From: Gekko japonicus
Taxonomy: Eukaryota
Direction of reading: 5' to 3'
Assembly (NCBI RefSeq): GCF_001447785.1
Contig: NW_015174274.1
Span: 1,501,440 to 1,565,439 of the forward strand
Length of the DNA: 64,000 bases
Shown piece after piece: positions 52,601-60,690 of this stretch (within the stretch, counting starts at the first letter, position 1; each line of letters begins with the position of its first letter). Under the pieces are notes generated by a model. That model saw only the letters and a list, made by a program, of their open reading frames with translations, did no database searches and was not told the DNA's origin. Position numbers and translations under genes: made by a program.

Positions 52601-55600
52601 AATGTAAATTGAGACACACTTTTAGCTGGCTCTGAAACTGGTGATTCATGGTGTCACAACATCATGAGTTGCTGAATTATTGTCCATTCTCTACTATGGG
52701 TATGCTAAGAGAACATTTGGTTTACATGTATTTGCCTGTATCTTGCCATTCAACTTGGAAAACTTTGAAATCTTCCTCCAGCCCAGAAGCCTTCCTTCTG
52801 CTTCAGTGGCTCTTTTTCCAACAGAAAAGGGACTTAAGTTAGAACAAGTCTCCTTAGACTGGAGGAAGGCTTCAAAAGCTTTCTAGTGATACAAGCTAAT
52901 AGCATGACCTCAGCTGTGGTTGCATGAATGTCTAGGCAGCACTGTCAGGTTTGTTAATGCTTTTCATGGAACTTCCGTTTTTTTACAGTGAAGGCACCTA
53001 CAGAACCTCCTCAACTTCCAGGAAAGTGTCCAGAATCAGAAGAGAAATCCTGGATTCCTTTCCGTGGCCACTGCTACTACTTTGAATCCTCATCAAAAAA
53101 GTCCTGGGCCAGAGCATCATTAGAGTGTTTAAAATTAGGCAAGTGGCACCACTCAGAGGAAAAATGTTAATAAGTGTATGTCTTATAATAACATTATGTT
53201 GGTTCATATCCCAGTTTTTAACTCAAGTAGTTTCCAAAGTAGCTTGTAATTAAAACTCATCACAATATACAATACAAGTAATGCTAACAGTTATTGGCAG
53301 AGTCAACTAACTGGGACGTGGTGTGTGAGAAATCCCAAGGGTCTATTTTATTCCCAGTGCTCTTTAATTTCTATGTGAAACTACGGGAGGAGATCATCAG
53401 GAGATTTAGACTGGGTTGCCACCACTGTTCTGATGACACTCAGCTTTACATCTCCTTATGCAAGCCTACAGAGGTTGCTGTGAAGATCGCGGGTCAGTTT
53501 CTTGAGGCTGTGGTTAAACATGTCAGAGTAAACAAACTAAAGCTTAACCCAGACAAGATGGAAGTGATGCTGGTTGGGAAGATAGAATATTTGGCTGATG
53601 TTGATCTACCTACCTGATTTAGGTGAAGTTAAGCTTTCCATAAGGTAATCCTGATCCTGGGCTTAGGTAGTCATTACCTCACATTGCATAAAGGTATTAT
53701 ATAGACAATGTTTTTGGCTTTTTGAATTTCCCTTGGGGTCACTGTGGAGATAAGAAAGAACAGCACAGGTGGTTGGATCCAGAGTAATATTTCTGCTCAT
53801 TTAAGGCACCTCTGTCAGTGGAACAGAATGTTCCTACATCTCCCCTCCCAGTGTAACCCTCTGATCTCCCTAAAATGCTGCTCTTGGGAGGCAAATCAAG
53901 GACCAGCATCAAGAAGAAAGAGTGATTTGCCAAAACAATTGATAAGGCCTTTTGACTCCATTTCATTGGAGAATGGGATGGAGTGGAATGAGGCTGGTAA
54001 AGAAATGGGCTGTACTGTAGATTCTGCCTATGGTCATGGACAAGGAAGAAGAACTAGGCAAGGGAACTGTGCCTGTTAATAGTGATTAAACATATATTCC
54101 CATTCAAAGATAAGAGGTTTTCAAAGTGTGGATCAAAAACATTCTCAAATGCATATACCTCTGTGGATAATACAAGGAGTGAAAAACTTAAAAATGTAAT
54201 GAAATAGTCCAGGGTGAAAACTCATAAACATCCCATCCAGACATATGATGCTTGAACTAATACATGACACCAGTGAAAAGGAAATAAGAACGTATACATT
54301 CTAAAGAAGATCAATGCTTTTGGTTTAATAGCTCACCTAAGTAATCTTCATTTGTTTTCTCACTGATATTTTGCAGATGCTTTTCTAGTTTCTGTAGCTG
54401 ATACAGCAGAAGCACGTTTTTTGGCAGAAAACACAGAACAACTTGAAAGTAAAACACGAACATTTTGGGTAGCAATGTTCAGGAATGTGAAAGGTACAGT
54501 TTTAAGAAATATTTTAGTATTTTCTTATATAAACAACAAATATTTATCTTAAACATTTTCTAACAGGCTAAGTACTGGCAAACAGGGATGGGCACAAACC
54601 AGTTCACAAACCGAAATTCGGCATGAATTTATGGTTTGTGCCCATCCCTGTTTGCCAGTACTTAGCCTGTTAGAAAATGTTTAAGATAAATATTTGTTAC
54701 AGCTCACCTGTTAGGTTTAAATGGCTGTGAACCATTTCATGGGTCAGTTTCGCTTCAAAGTGGGGGGGGAGTGAAATGGACCATTGAAATTGCTGCCTAA
54801 CAGTGAATTGGCACACCTAACAGCCATTTCAGCCTAACAGCGGATAGAAAAAGGGAACCGCCCCAAACCCCAAACTGAACCGGAATTTTTAGGTTCATGC
54901 CCATCCCTGCTGGCAAATACAAATGAATGTTTAAACTGTACCTTATGGTCTTGAAGTCTCCACTATGTCACCACTGTTTCACACATAATGAAAATAAATT
55001 TGAGGTTAAATACTTGGGCTCCAACAGGTCAAATAGGAGTTCTGCAGTTAAAGGTTGGGAATACAGCCCATGGGAGAGGGAAAGTTCATTGCCATCCCAT
55101 TGCACAATGTTCCTTGCAGCACAGGATCCTGCATGACTGGTATTTAGGAAGAAAAAATAGGGAACTTCAGTCATAAGCTTTGCTGACTAGAGAGGGAAAA
55201 ACACCATGTTCTTTTGGTGGTAAAAAGTACAAGCAAGTCAGTTGCACTTAAGGTGACCTCGTGGCATTTTCAGGGTAAGAGGTGGTTTGCCATTGCTTGT
55301 CTCTGCATAGCATTTCTGGTATTTCTTGGTGGTCTCCCATCCAAATACTGACCAAGGCTGACCCTGCTTAGCAGCAGGCATCTGACAAGATCAGGCAAGC
55401 CCAGGGCCATCCAGGTCAGGGCACCGTGTTCTTTTAGTAGAAGTTTAATGAGTGGATGTAGGTGATTGAACCTTTTCATGGCCTGAAGGTAAATAACATC
55501 ATCTGATCATTGTCACAGATCACACTGATATTAAAGGACAGCTCGAAGGACCAGTTTAAAAGTTGGCAACCCTACCAGCAACTCATCTAATTTGATCTTT

Positions 55601-58600
55601 ATCCTCAAATAAGCAATGCATAGTATTGATCAAATGTCTTTGTTTCAGAAATTTATTTATTTATTTAATTTTATTTATACCCCGCCCTCCCCGCGTTGCG
55701 GGCTCAGGGCGGCTTACAAAAGTATGGCACAAAGTGCAATAAAACAGCAATAAAACAATTTAAAACGCTTAATACATGGGCCAAGCCCAAGGATCCCACG
55801 CGACTAAAACCGTCTCTCCCTATTGCACAACCCTGTCATCCCAGGGGAGGTTGCTTTGGCCTCCTGATGTTATTTGCCACATTAGCTTCCGGCGGTGCTG
55901 TAACAGGTTCCATTGGTGGTAGTGGTAGCGGCGGCGGCTCCTATTCAAAAGCCTGGCGGAAGAGCTCCGTCTTGCAGGCCCTGCGGAACTGCAGCAGGTC
56001 CCGCAGGGCCCTGATCTCCTCTGGGAGCTCGTTCCACCAGATAGGAGCCGCCACCGAAAAGGACCTGGCCCTAGTGGCCACCAGCCTGGCCTCTTTCGGG
56101 CCCGGGATCACAAGACGGTGTAGCAACCCCGACCGAAGTGCTCTTTGGGATTTATGTGGGGCAAGGCGGTCCCTTAGGTATGCTGGACCCTGGCCATGTA
56201 TATTCTACCCTCTCAATAAATTATTTGTGAAGTGACTAGAATAAAATATAGAATAGGCTCATACGTTCTGCCTACCTTGCCCAGAAGAATGAGTCTTATA
56301 AGATGAAACAGCTGAATTTGCTCGAGACATTCAAATGTGCAAAATTTGTCAGCAAGTTCTGTCACATCTGATACTGGAATGGATCTAACCAGTTTTTGAG
56401 CTGGTAAAAAGGAAAGGGTGTGTGTGTTGTCCCCTTATGCTGGGAATCATGGGACCTACATGGACAAAAGCCCTGTGGGACTGGGGCTGTAGAAAGGAGT
56501 GGAATTGAGTGAGATAGTATGATAAAGCTGGTGGGAGCCAACTCATTCTCTAAGCACAAGTGTACACAAATTAGAAAAGCACCAATACATACACGTGACC
56601 TTGCGGTGTATTTGAAAATTATCCATGTTTAAATGGAATGCATTAAGAAGCTGGAGTTTAAATCTGGTTCTCAATCCACACATGGTTCTTGTCTATATTT
56701 TTAGTGCTGTATCCATGTTCAGAAACAATCATATATGAAGGGAGCCTCAAACAGCTTCCTGGAACTGCCGCTTGGTCCACTGGGGCAAACATACTGCCAA
56801 CTAGTGGGTTGTAGCCCGTCACTGTGCTCAACAGGGGAGACTTGTGCTGTCCCAGGAAGTTTCTTCCTGTAGATGAGGTTCTTCTGTCAAGAGTAGGGTT
56901 GTAAACTCTGTCTTGAGAATTTCCTGGAGATTAGGGGCAATATCCTAGAAGGGGAGAATTTTGGGGTGGGAAGGAGCTCTAAAGCTTCTGTTTCTGCCAA
57001 GAGATCTGAATTTGTAGTTTGGGGATGAGTTGTAATTTTAGGAGAGCTCCAGGCTCCAGTTTGAGCTAGAAACCCTACTTGAGAGGGGAAACCCCTTGCA
57101 CTAGAGAATGTTCCACAATTTACCGAGCAAAGTGGTATGCATGGTATGTTTTCCTCACTAAGGAAAATAGTTGTCTGACAAGATGCCGAATGGAAAATAA
57201 ATGCAACTTATAATTTGTCTACTTTAAATATTGCATTGATGAGAAACCTTTAAAAATATTATAAAAATGACAGGGATAATTAAATAGTTGAAATCCATAA
57301 CAGGCAATTAACCATCAAACAGTCCTGCTTATTAGAAGCCAGAAACTAGCAAGAGTCCTACTACAAACCACTCTCTCAGTATGTTTTCTAATTTAATATT
57401 AGGCAGTTGGTTATGGCTGGACAACAGTGTGGTGGACTTTGTTAACTGGAATGTAGGAGAGCCTTCACCTCAGAAAGAGGAGGACTGTGTGGAAATGTAT
57501 TCCTCATCAGGGGCCTGGAATAATGCTTATTGCAGTTCCTATGCTGGATATATTTGTAAAAAACCAAAAGGTAAGTGATAGCATTCATATTCTATTATGT
57601 TTACTAATTTCTGTGTGGCATTTCCTCTGCTGGAGTATCCATGCTTACTACAGTGTAAAAAGTGGTGTGTGCAAGTGAGCATTCAAAAACCCTCCCCAGC
57701 AGGGTCTTTCAAAGAAGTATTGAGTCTAATGGAAAAGAGGAACAAGATTGTTGCACAAAATAACCAAGCCTAGGAAAGAAGGCTTCCTCCACCATCTCTT
57801 GCTAGCTGCGGCAGGAACTGCTGACTTAACTACTGGCTAGAGAGGAATATGTCCAGAACTGGGTTTGGTCCAGCATGCACTATTTAAAGGATTGATTTTT
57901 TTTTTACAATGGGACATGGCTCCAATGCAAAGTTGGAATGATGACAGAAATAGGAATCCAGCAGAATAATCAGGAAAGGTTTATTAAGAGAAATCAAGGT
58001 ACCTGTATACAATCAGTGTAATATTCAGGTACTGGTCTACATGCAGCAACAAGAGCCCATGGATAGCTGTCCCAGTTCCAGCATCTGCACAGTATTTATC
58101 CACTGGGGCAATGTGGCAGTCAGAGAGGAAAAGATTATCAAGGGGGGGGAAATAAGAAGGTACAGCAAGAAGGGTGGAAGTATCTTTTTCTTATATATTG
58201 ATTTATTTAATTAGTTTATACCCTGCTTTTCTTCCCAATGGGGGTTGAAAGCAGCTTACATCATACTCCTCTCCTCCATTTTATCCTCACAACAACCCTG
58301 TGAAGTTGGTTAGGCTGCGAGAGTGTGACTGGCCCAAGGTCACCCAGCCAGCTCCCATGGCACAAGTAGGGATTCAAACCTTGGCCTTCCAGGTCTTAGT
58401 CCAGGACTCTGAACTACTACACTACACTGGCTCTGTGTTGGGATGTTGTCTGGGTAGCTTATAGCATTCTGGGATCTGAATATCCAGACATGAACCCTCT
58501 GATACAATATAATTTAAAAATATTATCATATAGCAACACGTTTTTGAACACATGTTAGATAAATGCCTGTCTTCCATTTTTGCAGTTGTAGAACCTGTGC

Positions 58601-59012
58601 CTACTGCTGTGAAGCTTCCAGAAAAGAAAGGTATGGTTTTTCTAACTAAGTAACTGAGGAATAATGTTTGTTTAAGCCATCTTTTGAGTTTCTTTTTACA
58701 TTAAATGAGATGTTGCCAACTTTGGCTTGGGAAATTGCTTCAGGGAGGGCAGAGTGCTTGGGGAGGGGAGGAAGCTCAACAGGGAGGTGATGCCATAGAG
58801 TTTGACCTCCAAAGCTGCCATTTCCTCCTGGAAAACTGGCCTCTGTAGTCTGGGGAACAGTTGTCATTCTTAGGGAGCCCACTGAGGTTGGTAGCTATCA
58901 TCACTAAATGTCGTATCTATTTCATGTACAACAAATCAATCTCATTCTACTCTCTTTTCATACTTTTTCTTGGTGGTTGGAATGTCCTTTAGATGATAAT
59001 TTGACACATGTT

Positions 59013-59061
<49 letters not shown>

Positions 59062-60654
59062 TCATTTAGGAATTTTATGCTACCTCTCCAGAAACCTGCC
59101 TGAGGCAGCTTACTAAATAAAAATAATGGAAACAAAGCATTAAAAGATATTAATTAAAATTCAGCATTAACTACTCATCCCAGAGTTATCAATATATCTA
59201 ATTCTCAACATGGCCAAATGTATGTGTACTTAAACCAGAGATTGGATCCATCTTTCTACAAGCCCAAGAAAAGCCCCAGGTCTGCAGAAAATATCAGGGG
59301 GGGGGAAATTTGTTGTTTTTCAGTCACACAGTCAAGTCCGACTCTTTGAGACCCCATGGACCATATCACGCCAGGCCCTCCTGTCTTCCATCGTCCTTCG
59401 GAGTTTGCTCAATTTCATGTTCGTTGCATCGATAACATGTCTAACCATCTCATTCTTTGCCATCCCCTTCTTCTTTTACCTTCAGTCTTTCCCAGTATCA
59501 TGGTCTTCTCCAGTGAGTGCTCCCTTCTCATTGGGTGGCCAAAGTATTTGAGGTTCAGCTTCAGTATCTGTCCTTCCAGGGAACAGTCAGGGTTGATTTT
59601 TTTTTGAGGATTGACTGATTTGATCTCCTTGCAGTCCAAGGGACTCTCAAGAGTCTTCTCCAGAAATATGGGGGGTTAACACCCCAATAATAGAAGCAGT
59701 GCCTGTAGTTTTGAGAAATAATTGCTTATTGTTAAACTTTTTAACGACAAGGCAGTTCAGTGGTAGAATTGGTTGCCCAGGGATGTTCTGGGTTCTCCCT
59801 CCTTGGAGGTATTTAAACAGAGATTTGATGATTATTTGTCAGTATTGCCAGTATTTAGTCTGTCAATTCTGGAATTCATAAGAATTTTATGTGGGTTCTC
59901 AAACATTCTGAAATTTCACTAAAAGCTTAATTGGTACGTGGTGTTCTGACTTGTTCAAAGTCTTCAGTCCCACATTTTAAATTGTAGATTACAGTTTATA
60001 TCTGAAATTGCTTTCCCACTAACTGTGGAGTCTTCTTTGGAGCAAGAATCTTTGTTCTGGTCAAAGTGGTATGTTCTGCTGGTAGAAGACTTTTTTTGCA
60101 CTGGCGTGCTTCACTTTGCAGAAAAGTCATTTGGCGACAACTCTATGTATTTTTAAACAGATGTGCAATAGTTCTGTTAAAATGTTTACTGAAAGAGAGA
60201 CTGTTTTAATTATAAGTATTTTTACGGCACCTTACTTGGAACTGCACTGCAGTCATGCCATTATTTAGACATAGCTAAATCTCTTTGACTCTTAGACAAA
60301 GTTTCATTAACGAGAAGGATAAAATTGGGAGAACCCTGATATTTCCAGTACCTGACTTCCATTTACATTAATCTTGTGTTGTTGTAACTACATTAATTTA
60401 CAGAACCAAGAAAGACAGAAGAGATTCCTAAACCATCCCACAGCAAAGCTACAGTGGTGGTTATAGTGGTGATCCTCATCCTGTCTGGAGCTGCTCTTGC
60501 AGTTTACTATTTCTATAAAAAGAGGAGTCGGAGGGCACTGCCAGATGACAACTTTGAGAACTCCCTCTATTTCAATAGTGATGAAGCTCCTGGAACTAGT
60601 GACACAAAGGACCTTGTGTTGAATATGGAACAGAATGAACATGCTGCCATTTAG
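1493..60654 (+). CDS. MRC1: Macrophage mannose receptor 1 (MRC1/CD206 or MRC1-like paralog), spliced and 5'-partial; 27 exons (equivalent to exons 4-30)
   Basis: Eight tandem C-type lectin domains, EPN+WND motifs in CTLD4 and CTLD5, TM helix, FENSLY tail ending NMEQNEHAAI*. Intron phases are compatible throughout except at the exon 10 acceptor. Confidence 0.93.
1685..2540 (-). mobile_element. Penelope-like retroelement (Poseidon type), 5'-truncated; GIY-YIG endonuclease region plus 3' terminal repeat
   Basis: ORF 1793..2575 contains VFLPYIKGITD...VYHIPCSCGQVYIGTT...RTKEH...AVAEH...REATEI; hammerhead motif at the 3' end. Confidence 0.88.
1735..1775 (-). ncRNA. Minimal type I hammerhead ribozyme motif in the Penelope terminal repeat
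   Basis: Minus strand reads CCT-CTGAGGA-TGCCAG tcacagctg CTGGC-GAAA-TGTC-AGG. Confidence 0.75.
2990..3868. mobile_element. Nested non-autonomous hAT-like DNA transposon remnants
   Basis: Termini ...gttcatccctA (about 3867) and tatgggtgtgca...tgcacatcccta (about 3371-3817); GAACC/CCGAAT subterminal repeats. Confidence 0.5.
4032..4145 (+). CDS. MRC1: MRC1 exon 5 (CTLD1)
   Basis: cctag|...CCCAG|gtaagt; 114 nt; LTSKLTTELWFGLNSLDFDSGWQWSGGHAFRYLNWAP (not in the ORF track). Confidence 0.93.
5373..5519 (+). CDS. MRC1: MRC1 exon 6 (end of CTLD1)
   Basis: gaag|...TTCAG|gtaaac; 147 nt; SPSPEPGKSCGTLNPSKAAKWESLECNKKLGYICKKGNATLNSFTIPS. Confidence 0.92.
5657..7014 (-). mobile_element. BovB (RTE) LINE, internally deleted but with both ends present
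   Basis: RT ORF fragments (FIDYAKAFDCVDH, NLRYADDTTL, VVMYGCESW); (CAA)n tail; 5' leader ATGGATCACTGCCTTGTCGTGGCGAGGGGGCTTGC; flanked by G9 and G8 runs. Confidence 0.92.
7648..7855 (+). mobile_element. 5S rRNA-derived SINE (related copies at about 32650-32850 and 55255-55420, both minus strand)
   Basis: ctcagaagctaagcaagg...tttggatg...gacc matches the 5S internal promoter region; followed by an RTE-like tail. Confidence 0.7.
8536..8801. mobile_element. hAT-type foldback MITE
   Basis: TAGGG...TGGCAACCCTA termini; 8-bp TSD TGTAGATC; palindromic along nearly its whole length. Confidence 0.85.
9297..9540 (-). mobile_element. tRNA-derived squamate SINE with (CTT)n tail (related copies at about 17720-17900, 34455-34705, 43685-43965, 58195-58430)
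   Basis: Head GTTTGGTGCAGTGGTTAAG...GGTTTGATTCCCC with A and B boxes; body shared among the copies. Confidence 0.8.
9892..10074 (+). CDS. MRC1: MRC1 exon 7 (CTLD2)
   Basis: cctcag|...TATC|gtgagt; 183 nt; SNVPIQCPDGWISYAGFCYKINREINFWNDALAFCRKEGGDLASVHNVEEYSFIISQLGY. Confidence 0.93.
12369..12526 (+). CDS. MRC1: MRC1 exon 8 (CTLD2)
   Basis: gctag|...GGAAAG|gtaaaa; 158 nt; PSDELWIGLNDLRIQMYFEWSDGTPVLYTKWLPGEPTHDSNRQEDCVVMKGK. Confidence 0.93.
12756..12932. mobile_element. MITE with GGGTTGGATCCAG-type TIRs and a 3-bp TSD (CTT)
   Basis: ctt|gggttagatccagactaaatt...aattagcctggatccaaccc|ctt. Confidence 0.7.
13423..14000 (-). mobile_element. L2 LINE 3' fragment
   Basis: ORF2 C-terminus (GQGPAYLRDRL...CKTKLFCQAFE) and (TAAA)n tail. 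Confidence 0.8.
15042..15155 (+). CDS. MRC1: MRC1 exon 9 (end of CTLD2)
   Basis: tgcag|...CGGAGA|gtaagt; 114 nt; NGYWADQPCDVKLGSICKRKPLKESPGEQEIVEEGCRR. Confidence 0.92.
15976..16182. mobile_element. hAT MITE (CAATGTTCCCTCTAA family; other copies at about 11961 and 24734-24940)
   Basis: TIRs caatgccttctctaag / ttagcgggaacactg; 8-bp TSD GTTGCAGG. Confidence 0.8.
16238..17003 (-). mobile_element. L1-clade LINE 3' fragment in two pieces (16238-16697 and 16800-17003), abutting exon 10
   Basis: ORF2 C-terminal motifs ILQSRFAKDKK...QEWKKMW...YKENVL // TFYHIWWRC...RILIAKKWK...IAEMDRL; AATAAA and poly(A) on the minus strand. Confidence 0.85.
17004..17113 (+). CDS. MRC1: MRC1 exon 10 (CTLD3); 5' boundary uncertain because the acceptor is replaced by L1 sequence
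   Basis: QRHGFYCYMVGNVFATFAEANETCQKNGAHLTAVKDR|gtagga. There is no in-frame AG at the expected position (16996-16997), and the expected GW dipeptide is absent. Confidence 0.8.
17900..18465. repeat. Nested palindromic MITEs
   Basis: Long imperfect inverted repeat about 18142-18434 centred near 18298; second element about 17936-18118 with roughly 37-bp TIRs. Confidence 0.7.
18734..18882 (+). CDS. MRC1: MRC1 exon 11 (CTLD3), GC donor
   Basis: tgcag|...CCTG|gcatgt; 149 nt; YEQAYLTSLIGLKPESHFWIGLTDIEEKGTFKWTSGEAVEFTHWNSEMP. Confidence 0.85.
19630..19840. repeat. Tandem duplication with a unit of about 105 bp
   Basis: caccattctatttgttgctggaaaaaa...tatcacaggaacttgcctagatttaaaat occurs twice. Confidence 0.9.
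20897..21096 (+). CDS. MRC1: MRC1 exon 12 (end of CTLD3, Pro/Thr linker, start of CTLD4)
   Basis: caaag|...CACAAA|gtacgt; 200 nt; SKPGCVAMRTGIAGGLWDLLKCETKAKFLCKKWAEGVTPPPPPVTTPAPKCPDDWHSSYQSNICHK. Confidence 0.92.
22973..23157. other. Assembly gap
   Basis: Run of N. Confidence 0.99.
23695..23816 (+). CDS. MRC1: MRC1 exon 13 (CTLD4)
   Basis: attag|...TTGTC|gtgagt; 122 nt; AYARRDKKSWAEAQSFCRVIGGDLVTIGSAREQTGLWTYL. Confidence 0.9.
24206..24356. mobile_element. Short hairpin MITE with a 3-bp TSD (AAT)
   Basis: Inverted arms of about 55 bp around a 12-14 nt loop; about 30-bp tandem duplication in the left arm. Confidence 0.7.
25101..27452 (+). mobile_element. Penelope-like retroelement (Neptune type), degenerate RT + GIY-YIG, with an inverted 5' terminal repeat
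   Basis: MDVEALYTNIPH, GTAMGTCMAPQYANIFM, LRFLDDIF, NVIYALMCQQC...YIGQT; stops and frameshifts; tttaagactaataaactttattg (about 25150) is inverted relative to caataaagtttgttagtcttaaa (about 27285). Confidence 0.9.
27636..27723 (+). CDS. MRC1: MRC1 exon 14 (CTLD4)
   Basis: tttag|...TCTCCA|gtaagt; 88 nt; DSGYSGTHFWIGLNYLSPDDGFAWSDGSP. Confidence 0.92.
28573..28717 (+). CDS. MRC1: MRC1 exon 15 (CTLD4 sugar-binding site)
   Basis: gttag|...AAGAAAG|gtaaga; 145 nt; LGYINWGYGEPNNYNGVEHCVEVAAGYRMHWNDMHCEELFSWICQVKK, with EPN and WND. Confidence 0.94.
29639..30161. mobile_element. GC/CpG-rich Harbinger-like MITE
   Basis: TIRs GGCCCCGGTCACACGG / CCGTATGACCGGGGCC; 3-bp TSD CTA. Confidence 0.8.
30711..30752 (+). 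CDS. MRC1: MRC1 exon 16 (linker mini-exon)
   Basis: ctccag|...CCCAA|gtaagc; 42 nt, phase 1-1; VQVKSEPTDPPPP. Confidence 0.88.
31250..31862 (+). mobile_element. L2 LINE 3' fragment (old)
   Basis: KLQLVQNAAARMLTG...ITPVFAYLHRLPI...FKALHSLG. Confidence 0.85.
32252..32415 (+). CDS. MRC1: MRC1 exon 17 (CTLD5)
   Basis: tccag|...AGTTAT|gtaagg; 164 nt; FEMTSDGWILFKNKQYYVSTDKAPMENAREFCKKNFGDLAVIDGNTERKFLLSY. Confidence 0.93.
33602..33669 (+). CDS. MRC1: MRC1 exon 18 (CTLD5)
   Basis: tttag|...GTTAG|gtaagt; 68 nt; INQDKERNAYFIGLRLSLDKQV. Confidence 0.9.
34842..35672. mobile_element. Long-TIR non-autonomous DNA transposon (Merlin-like candidate)
   Basis: Imperfect TIRs of about 270 bp starting GGAACAACTAAAGCAC / GGAAGAACTAAAGCAC; flanks gaatatca / taatatcc. 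Confidence 0.7.
38529..38629 (+). CDS. MRC1: MRC1 exon 19 (CTLD5)
   Basis: tttag|...AACAG|gtaggc; 101 nt; RMDGSPVDYLAWAPHEPNFANNDENCVVMYRRT. Confidence 0.92.
38798..38940 (+). CDS. MRC1: MRC1 exon 20 (end of CTLD5, start of CTLD6)
   Basis: gtcag|...AATCAG|gtatag; 143 nt; LWNDINCGYPQPYICERHNSSINATAVPTTPSIPGGCPESWLLFENQ. Confidence 0.92.
40865..41128. mobile_element. hAT MITE (TAGGGTTGCC family) nested in a SINE; many older relatives elsewhere (e.g. 15419, 36599, 37560, 39549, 39958, 43449, 56894, 58710)
   Basis: tagggctgccaaa...tttggcaacccta; 8-bp TSD CTGGGTGA. Confidence 0.85.
41934..42280 (+). mobile_element. Sauria SINE
   Basis: tRNA-like head; core ctcctgccaacctagcagtttgaaagc...gtagataaataggtacc; (ACCTTT)n-like tail; TSD AATAATCATG. 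Confidence 0.88.
42344..42458 (+). CDS. MRC1: MRC1 exon 21 (CTLD6)
   Basis: tctag|...GCAAG|gtgtga; 115 nt; CYRLFGYEEKDQKDWHGARKICINFGGNLATILNERVQ. Confidence 0.92.
43050..43204 (+). CDS. MRC1: MRC1 exon 22 (CTLD6)
   Basis: tctag|...GTGTCG|gtgggt (best phase-0 donor); 155 nt; FLTFHLNHFSNDAWIGLNDFNEEKMYLWTSGRAVQYTNWASEMTASQYGVS. Confidence 0.85.
44346..44448 (+). CDS. MRC1: MRC1 exon 23 (end of CTLD6)
   Basis: tatag|...CACAG|gtaagt; 103 nt; EDCIAMKTKPLKAVGTWDDFNCGSKKGYICQTST. Confidence 0.92.
44870..45498 (+). mobile_element. CR1 LINE 3' fragment interrupted by a small TIR element (about 45035-45309); related 3' end at about 33747-33926
   Basis: FKEGFDKHME-like ORF2 end; CR1-type 3' UTR; (CTTATGTT)n tail. 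Confidence 0.7.
45505..45734 (+). CDS. MRC1: MRC1 exon 24 (CTLD7)
   Basis: tgtag|...AATATG|gtaagt; 230 nt; PKSSVVPSSTP...KMMWNDAQKNCEQQDYDLASILDPF...PVWIGLNSNM. Confidence 0.92.
46510..49240 (-). mobile_element. BovB (RTE) LINE, 5'-truncated composite with a nested MITE
   Basis: RT ORF fragments 46912..47373 and 48093..49010; (CAA)n tail at about 46510. Confidence 0.93.
47644..48085. mobile_element. GC/CpG-rich Harbinger-like MITE inserted in BovB
   Basis: TIRs ggccctgttcatacg / cgtgtggcagggacc, related to the 29639 element; 3-bp TSD TTC. Confidence 0.75.
49967..50132 (+). CDS. MRC1: MRC1 exon 25 (end of CTLD7)
   Basis: tttag|...GATG|gtaagt; 166 nt; TSGQYTWIDKFQMKYTKWAPGEPKQKLGCVYLALDGMWKTASCNENHFSLCKWSD. 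Confidence 0.93.
51335..52457 (-). mobile_element. Solo LTR (ERV1 or Gypsy class)
   Basis: TG...CA boundaries with a 4-bp TSD ATCT (51331-51334 and 52458-52461); 1123 bp; no coding homology; strand is tentative. Confidence 0.7.
52989..53138 (+). CDS. MRC1: MRC1 exon 26 (CTLD8), GC donor
   Basis: tacag|...TTAG|gcaagt; 150 nt; KAPTEPPQLPGKCPESEEKSWIPFRGHCYYFESSSKKSWARASLECLKL. Confidence 0.92.
53290..53620 (+). mobile_element. L2 LINE RT fragment
   Basis: QGSILFPVLFNFYVK...CHHCSDDTQLYISL...NKLKLNPDKME. Confidence 0.8.
54377..54493 (+). CDS. MRC1: MRC1 exon 27 (CTLD8)
   Basis: tgcag|...GAAAG|gtacag; 117 nt; AFLVSVADTAEARFLAENTEQLESKTRTFWVAMFRNVK. Confidence 0.9.
54583..54909. mobile_element. 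hAT MITE containing an inverted copy of its own left flank
   Basis: TIRs CAGGGATGGGCA / TGCCCATCCCTG; 8-bp TSD CTGGCAAA. Confidence 0.85.
55650..56200 (-). mobile_element. L2 LINE 3' fragment (young)
   Basis: ARSFSVAAPIWWNELPEEIR...FRRACKTELFRQAFE*; (TAAA)n tail; CpGs retained. Confidence 0.85.
57403..57570 (+). CDS. MRC1: MRC1 exon 28 (end of CTLD8)
   Basis: attag|...AAAAG|gtaagt; 168 nt; SWLWLDNSVVDFVNWNVGEPSPQKEEDCVEMYSSSGAWNNAYCSSYAGYICKKPK. Confidence 0.92.
58586..58630 (+). CDS. MRC1: MRC1 exon 29 (stalk mini-exon)
   Basis: tttttgcag|...AAGAAAG|gtatgg; 45 nt, phase 1-1; VEPVPTAVKLPEKK. Confidence 0.85.
59014..59060. repeat. (CT)n(GT)n microsatellite
   Basis: Read directly from the sequence. 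Confidence 0.95.
59310..59663 (-). mobile_element. BovB 3' fragment
   Basis: INPDCSLEGQILKLNLKYFGH...LEKTMILGKTEGKRRRG; matches the 3' ends of the other two copies. Confidence 0.9.
60404..60654 (+). CDS. MRC1: MRC1 exon 30, coding part (TM helix and cytoplasmic tail)
   Basis: tacag|; TM VVVIVVILILSGAALAVYYFY; KKR stop-transfer; FENSLYF endocytosis motif; TAG at 60652-60654. Confidence 0.95.
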
Positions 60655-60684
60655 TCTGATGAAATATAAACTGTGCCTTGTTTT

Positions 60685-60690
60685 AATAAA
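60685..60690 (+). promoter_or_regulatory. Candidate proximal polyadenylation signal (further AATAAA at 61430 and 61556)
   Basis: AATAAA 30 nt after the stop codon; which signal is used cannot be determined from sequence. Confidence 0.4.
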
